From Octopus bimaculoides (taxonomy: Eukaryota): DNA of 39,582 bases. The notes beneath the pieces were generated by a model. It was given only the letters and a program-made list of their open reading frames with translations, was not told the DNA's origin and ran no database searches. Positions 34,045 to 39,582 of the stretch are shown here, in pieces (within the stretch, counting starts at the first letter, position 1; every line of letters starts with the position of its first letter). The stretch spans positions 55,980,911 to 56,020,492 of the forward strand of contig NC_068989.1 of the NCBI RefSeq assembly GCF_001194135.2, given 5' to 3'. The position numbers and the translations under genes were made by a program.

Positions 34045-35637
34045 AATACGTATGTTGATACACATATACATACATACATACATACATGTATACATATATG
34101 TGTTTGTGTGCATGTGTGTGTGTGTAATATATATATGTATATAGTTTTTAAGGACATATGTATAGACACACACACACACATACATACATATATATGTGTG
34201 TGTGTGTATGTGTGTGTGTATGTATGTGTATATATATATACATATATATCTATATATATACAAACATATATAGATGGACACACACACACACCTTCACTCA
34301 CACACACACACACACACAATTTACATATACTTGCATCTACACATGTATATAGATATGCATGAATACATACATATATATATGTATGTATGTATGTATGTGT
34401 CTATATATATACATTTATCTCTCTCTCTACATATATGTATATATATATATATATATGGGTGGACGCACTCCTTCACACACACACACACACACACAATTTA
34501 CATATACATGCATATACTTGCATGTACACAAGCGTACATATACATACATACATATATATATATATATGTATGTATACATATACATGTATACATATATATN
34601 NNNNNNNNNATGTATGTATGTATGTATGTATGTATGTATGTATACACACACATTCACATACACATGCAATAAATTGTTTTAAAGAAATGCGAACTGTATT
34701 CTCAGGGTGGCATTAAGAAGGAAATAATAGTAGATCTAGATGATAATTTTCATTGTTGCTATAGTTGTTATTGTCATCCGTGTTGTTGTTATTGTTGTTG
34801 TTCTTCTTCTTGCTGCAGTCATTTATTTAATAACCTTTTTTTCACATTTTATTTATTTAATTGCATTTTTATTTATTCATTTCTAAATTTCTTTCTAAGA
34901 TATTTCCTTGATGAGAAAACCATCATATAATTTGTGAAGTGATATATCTTCAACAGGTGTTTAGTTTTCAATACCACACTTATTTTCTTCTACATCTATA
35001 ATAGTTGCCAGTCCCAATGAAACATGTCTTTTAAATTAGATGTTGCCTTTTTCTCTCTCTCTTTCTTTCTTTCTTTTTTCCTTTTTCTTGCTTTCTCCAT
35101 TTGAAGTTTTATTTATCTAGGAGTTAGGAGGTCTCTACCCTTAACTATTAAAACCCCGCCTAATCTAGGATTGTGGGTTATGGGTTGTGAATGTGAGTGG
35201 TTGTAGAGGTGGTATGTTAGTGCAGTCAATATTTAATTTTAATTGTTATATTATGTATAATATTACTGTTGCTCACTCTTTTTCAATCATTTTGTTTAAA
35301 TGTGTGTGTGTGTGATGTGCAAATGCATATGTGTGTGTGTCAATTTACATATGTATACCTAAGTCTGTTAGTTTGTTTTCCTTTCTTTCTCTCACTCTTT
35401 TCCTCTCTATATATGCATGTGTTTATGTGTGTTTATAAGCTTTTTCTCTTCCTGTCACTCTCTATCTCCTTCCCTCTATATGTGTATGTGTATGTATAAA
35501 TATGTACATTTTTATATGTGTGTGTGTGTATGTGTTTGTGCATGTGCACGTGTGTGTGTGTGCAGGCATCTTTATATATATATGTGTGTGTATATGTATG
35601 TATNNNNNNNNNNNNNNNNNNNNNNNNNNNNNNNNNN

Positions 35638-35669
<32 letters not shown>

Positions 35670-35896
35670 TAGATAGATAGATAGATACATACATACATAC
35701 ATACATACATACATACATACATACATACATACATACATACGTACATACATATACATATCACGTTTTTTATATATTTTTATTTTCTATTTTCTTGGCAGTG
35801 CCTCAGCATGTCCACAACCTTTAAGATGAAGTACAAAGAGTAAAAGAGTAATAAAAGAGTAAAAAATAACTTTTTAAACACAATAAAAATAAGTAC

Positions 35897-36175
35897 ACCT
35901 ATGCCTCTGAAAACCTAGTCTATGTATTCACATGTGAAGAGCATTACGTAGGTCAAACCAGAATATCCTTAAGTCAATGCACAACACTACATAGATCACA
36001 AATTAAAATATGATAATACAGACAATAGGACATGGTGAACATAGAGACACACATACAGATAAGAAGCAATAAAATTTTATGATTTACCCATGTATCAATG
36101 TAGTAGCACACAACACAACAACAATACATCAACAAGAAAACAACCTTCATAACCAAATGCCAACCACTTCTAGAA
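35897..36175 (+). mobile_element. Second PLE GIY-YIG endonuclease remnant (different family)
   Basis: TYASENLVYVFTCEEHYVGQTRISLSQCTTLHRSQIK (N.(I/V)Y..C..Y(I/V)GQT...H pattern). Confidence 0.7.
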
Positions 36176-36404
36176 ACCTGTGGGAAAGAAGTGGACACAA
36201 CTACTGCCAACCCAACTGCCACAAATACTTCAGTCATTAGCATTGCTACTGTTGCTGCCACACTAATAGTCACACCTGATACTAGTACTATGACACAGCA
36301 ACAATGAATGAGAAACGAAATTTCAGCACCATGTAATTTTTGTCAGAAAAACTTGTGAACTTCCAGAACTGATATCATAAAACATTATTGGGTATGTGTC
36401 TTCT

Positions 36405-36810
36405 ACTATTATTCTTCACATACCAAGGCCTTGTCAGTGAATTTGCTTGGTGGAAACTGAAAGAAGCTTGTTGATTACATGCATACATATGTGTGTGTGT
36501 GTGTATGTATGTATGTGCATCTGTGTGCATGCATGTGTGTGTGTATATGTGTGAGTATTAGTGCATATGAGTATATAAGCTCGTATCTCTTTATCTTGAC
36601 ATCATATATTAGTTATAAATGAGTGTTATTGGCATATAAGCAATGCAGTCCATTCTCAATATACTGTGCAAAATATGTCTGATCATGGAGAAATATTACC
36701 TTGTTTGGAAACAGTTGAGCATCTGGCTGTCAAAGCTCTACCTCAATAAACTCGGTCTGAGACATGCAGACATGAAAAAGTGGATGTTAAAGTGATGATA
36801 ATGATGGCTT
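36405..36810 (+). mobile_element. SINE family A middle and 3' part
   Basis: GCCTTGTCAGTGAATTTG...GGAAACTGAAAGAAGC, CATGGAGAAATATTACCTTGTTTGGAAACAG, AAAAGTGGATGTTAAAGTGATGAT. Confidence 0.6.
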
Positions 36811-36859
36811 CATATGCATGCATGTGTGTGTGTGTGTGTATAAGTGAAATTGTAGTTGG

Positions 36860-37180
36860 GGCTAATGCTGGCGTCATATGACTGGCACTGTGCTGTTGGC
36901 ACATAAAAGCACCCATGCTGGTGGCATGTAAAAAGCACCCATTACACTCTTGGAGTGGTTGGTGTTATGAAGGGCATCCACCCATAGAAACCATGCCAAG
37001 CCAAACTGGAACTTGATGCAGCTCTCCAGCTTACCAGTTCCAGTCAAACTGTTTAACCCATGCCAGCATGGAAATCAGACACTAAATGATGATGATGATA
37101 TAAATGTTAGCCAACTCCATGTCAAGCAGTCCAATCCATGCTAGCATGGAAATCAGACGTTAAACGATGATTATAGTGAT
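36860..37180 (+). mobile_element. RTE-type tail copy with duplicated terminal block
   Basis: GGCACATAAAAGCACCC...GAAGGGCATCCA...CCCATGCCAGCATGGAAATCAGAC, then CCATGCTAGCATGGAAATCAGACGTTAAACGATG. Confidence 0.6.
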
Positions 37181-37635
37181 GATGATGATATATAAGTACT
37201 CCATCTCTGTAAATCTTTTTTGTGAGGTTGCTAAAATGCAAATGTAGCTGTTTATAATAGCTCATAATACATTAGGAAAAAACTCCTTGCACAGAAAACA
37301 GTAAACAAAGTTAACCACAGGAATTGGACTATTTGTCTGTGTCTGGCACAGACCAGAAAGCTGTGATACCACTACTCCTACTTCAGGGAGACTTGCAAAT
37401 ATTTAACTGTCAAATTAGAAGCTTTAATGTTACAAATAAGAAAGGTAACTTGTTTGTTTTGGATCATAATTTGAAGCATTGAGAAATTTGAAAATATGTC
37501 TTTTTATGAAGTTGCTCAAATGTTATAAAAATGGTTCATAAAATATTGAACAAAATATCCCTTAGATAGATGGAAAGTAGACGAAGTACCCCCAGAGAAA
37601 TTGAACTATGCATTTTGCATCTGAATAACCCAGAC

Positions 37636-37691
<56 letters not shown>

Positions 37692-37914
37692 GTGTGTGTG
37701 TGCTTATATAGGTACCAGGAAGAGCATCGTGCTGTAGAAAACTCTGCCTTAATATAGTGTTGTCTGACCCATGCAAACATAGAAAACTATATGTTAAAAC
37801 AATTAAGATAATGATGGTGGTGGATATGACATGTATACACACACATATATATGTATACATACATGTATACTTATATATATATATATGTATATATAAGACT
37901 TTCGAGCAAGATTT

Positions 37915-38204
37915 TGCCAGTGCTGCTGGACTGGTTCCTGTGCAGGTGGCACGTAAAATACACCATTTTGAGCGTGGCCGTTGCCAGTACCGCCTGACTG
38001 GCCTTCGTGCCGGTGGCACATAAAAGCACCCACTACACTCTCGGAGTGGTTGGCGTTAGGAAGGGCATCCAGCTGTAGAAACACTGCCAAATCAGATTGG
38101 AGCCTGGTATAGCCATCTGGTTCACCAGTCCTCAGTCAAATCGTCCAACCCATGCTAGCATGGAAAGCGGACGTTAAACGATGATGATGATGATGATGAT
38201 GATG

Positions 38205-38205
<1 letters not shown>
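37915..38205 (+). mobile_element. RTE LINE 3' end (young copy) with (GAT)n tail
   Basis: Near-identical to 24170-24445. Confidence 0.85.
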
Positions 38206-38246
<41 letters not shown>

Positions 38247-38284
38247 ATATGTATATATATGTATATATGTATATATATATATGT

Positions 38285-39295
38285 ATCTGGTTATTAAGAA
38301 TGAAATGTTTGATTTTCTAATGCACCAAGTTTGACAGTCATTAACTCTGATGTTTTATCCTGACAATTCTTGGTTTTACAGCATTGAAGAGTTACATCAT
38401 CACTTTTTGAAATGCAATTCATGGTGTCTGATTATATTGTGAGTTTTCTCTTGCAAATCCATTTTTGTGAACCCATGGATAGATCAAAAATTCGTGTTTT
38501 TTGTGAATGTGAGTGCCATTGTGGAATCAATGCATCTCAGAAAGCATGACACATCAATGAATTGTTTGGTGAAGATGTGGCGAATGAGCGCACTGTATGC
38601 CAATGGTTTGAGAAGTTCTGGTCTGGTGACTTTACTCTTGAAAATCAGCCCCGTGGTAGATCTCAGACCAAGATGAATAATGATGCATTGGAAAATGTAG
38701 TGGAAGCAGATACATCTCAAACTATGCCTGAGTTAGCAGCAAGGTTTGGTGTTTCAATTCCATCTGTACTGGACCATTTGAAACAAATTAACAAGGTAAA
38801 GAGACTGGACAAGTGGGTACCACACGAACTGAAAGAGCATCAAATGACACGTCATCTTGAAACTTGCAGTTCTTTGCTGTCACAGCATAAAAGCGAATCA
38901 TTTTTGCATCGTATTGTTATATGTGATGAAAAATGGATTCCTTTCAACAATAGCAAGTGTTCTGCATGATGGTTGGATAGAGACGAGGTGTCAAAATGTA
39001 ATCCAAAAAAGAATATTCACCAAAAAACTAATGGTGTCTGTTTGGTGGTCCAGCTCTGGTGTCATCCACTAGAGCTTCATGAGACCTGCTAAGTCAATTA
39101 CGGTGGACATATACATCAACCAATTGAATAAAATAATGAGTGAACTTGCAACTAAACAACCAAGATTGGTTGATTGAGACAGAAATTCTCTTGCAAGACA
39201 ATGCCTGACCACATGTTGCACAAAGAACGCCACTCAAGTTACAGGAACTGAACTTGGAAGTACTCTATCATCCACCATATTCAACAAAATAATGT
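38285..39295 (+). mobile_element. Mariner-family transposon, 3'-truncated, transposase pseudogene from ATG 38475
   Basis: ERTVCQWFEKFWSGDFTLENQPRGR, KWVPHEL (38814), IVICDEKW (D 38925), KLMVSVWW, LQDNA, LYHPPYS then breaks off (no PDLAPSD). Boundaries approximate. Confidence 0.9.
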
Positions 39296-39498
39296 AAAGA
39301 GCACTGCTAACACAGTAGAACATCGTGTTGACTTATAAAAACACTTTATATACTTTATAGTATACTATGGTTGCATAACAAAATACCATAAATACCACGT
39401 GCCTACAAGTCATTAATACATAAATACATGCATATATATATATACACATATATACATACATATATATATATACATATGTATATATATATACATAGATC

Positions 39499-39532
<34 letters not shown>

Positions 39533-39582
39533 TGTATATATATGTATATATACGTATATATACGTATATATATATATATATA

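Overview
Repeat-dominated, AT-rich eukaryotic draft-assembly DNA with several N gaps. The SINE/LINE families, (GAT)n tails and extreme microsatellite load point to an octopus genome, most likely intronic or intergenic sequence (inferred from recalled repeat families, not a database search). No intact protein-coding gene, true tRNA/rRNA gene or CRISPR array is supported, and almost all ORF-track entries are microsatellite or gap artefacts. Recognisable content: decayed RTE LINE fragments (one keeps the YADD motif), about four tRNA-derived SINE families (several with TSDs), Penelope-like element (PLE) GIY-YIG remnants and 3' ends, a full-length but dead Tc1 (11186-12710), a truncated mariner (about 38285-39295), an N-terminal Tc1/mariner-type remnant and hAT MITEs. 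The main observation is about ten hammerhead-ribozyme-like motifs (CUGANGA / stem II / GAAA / NUH) from several unrelated sequence families. Six of them sit as mirror pairs in the arms of three fold-back palindromes (1003-1577, 17725-18291, 18567-18854). These resemble MITEs but are better explained as head-to-head PLE/retrozyme-like termini. A few splice-bounded open segments may be exons of an unidentified host gene; strand and identity are unresolved.
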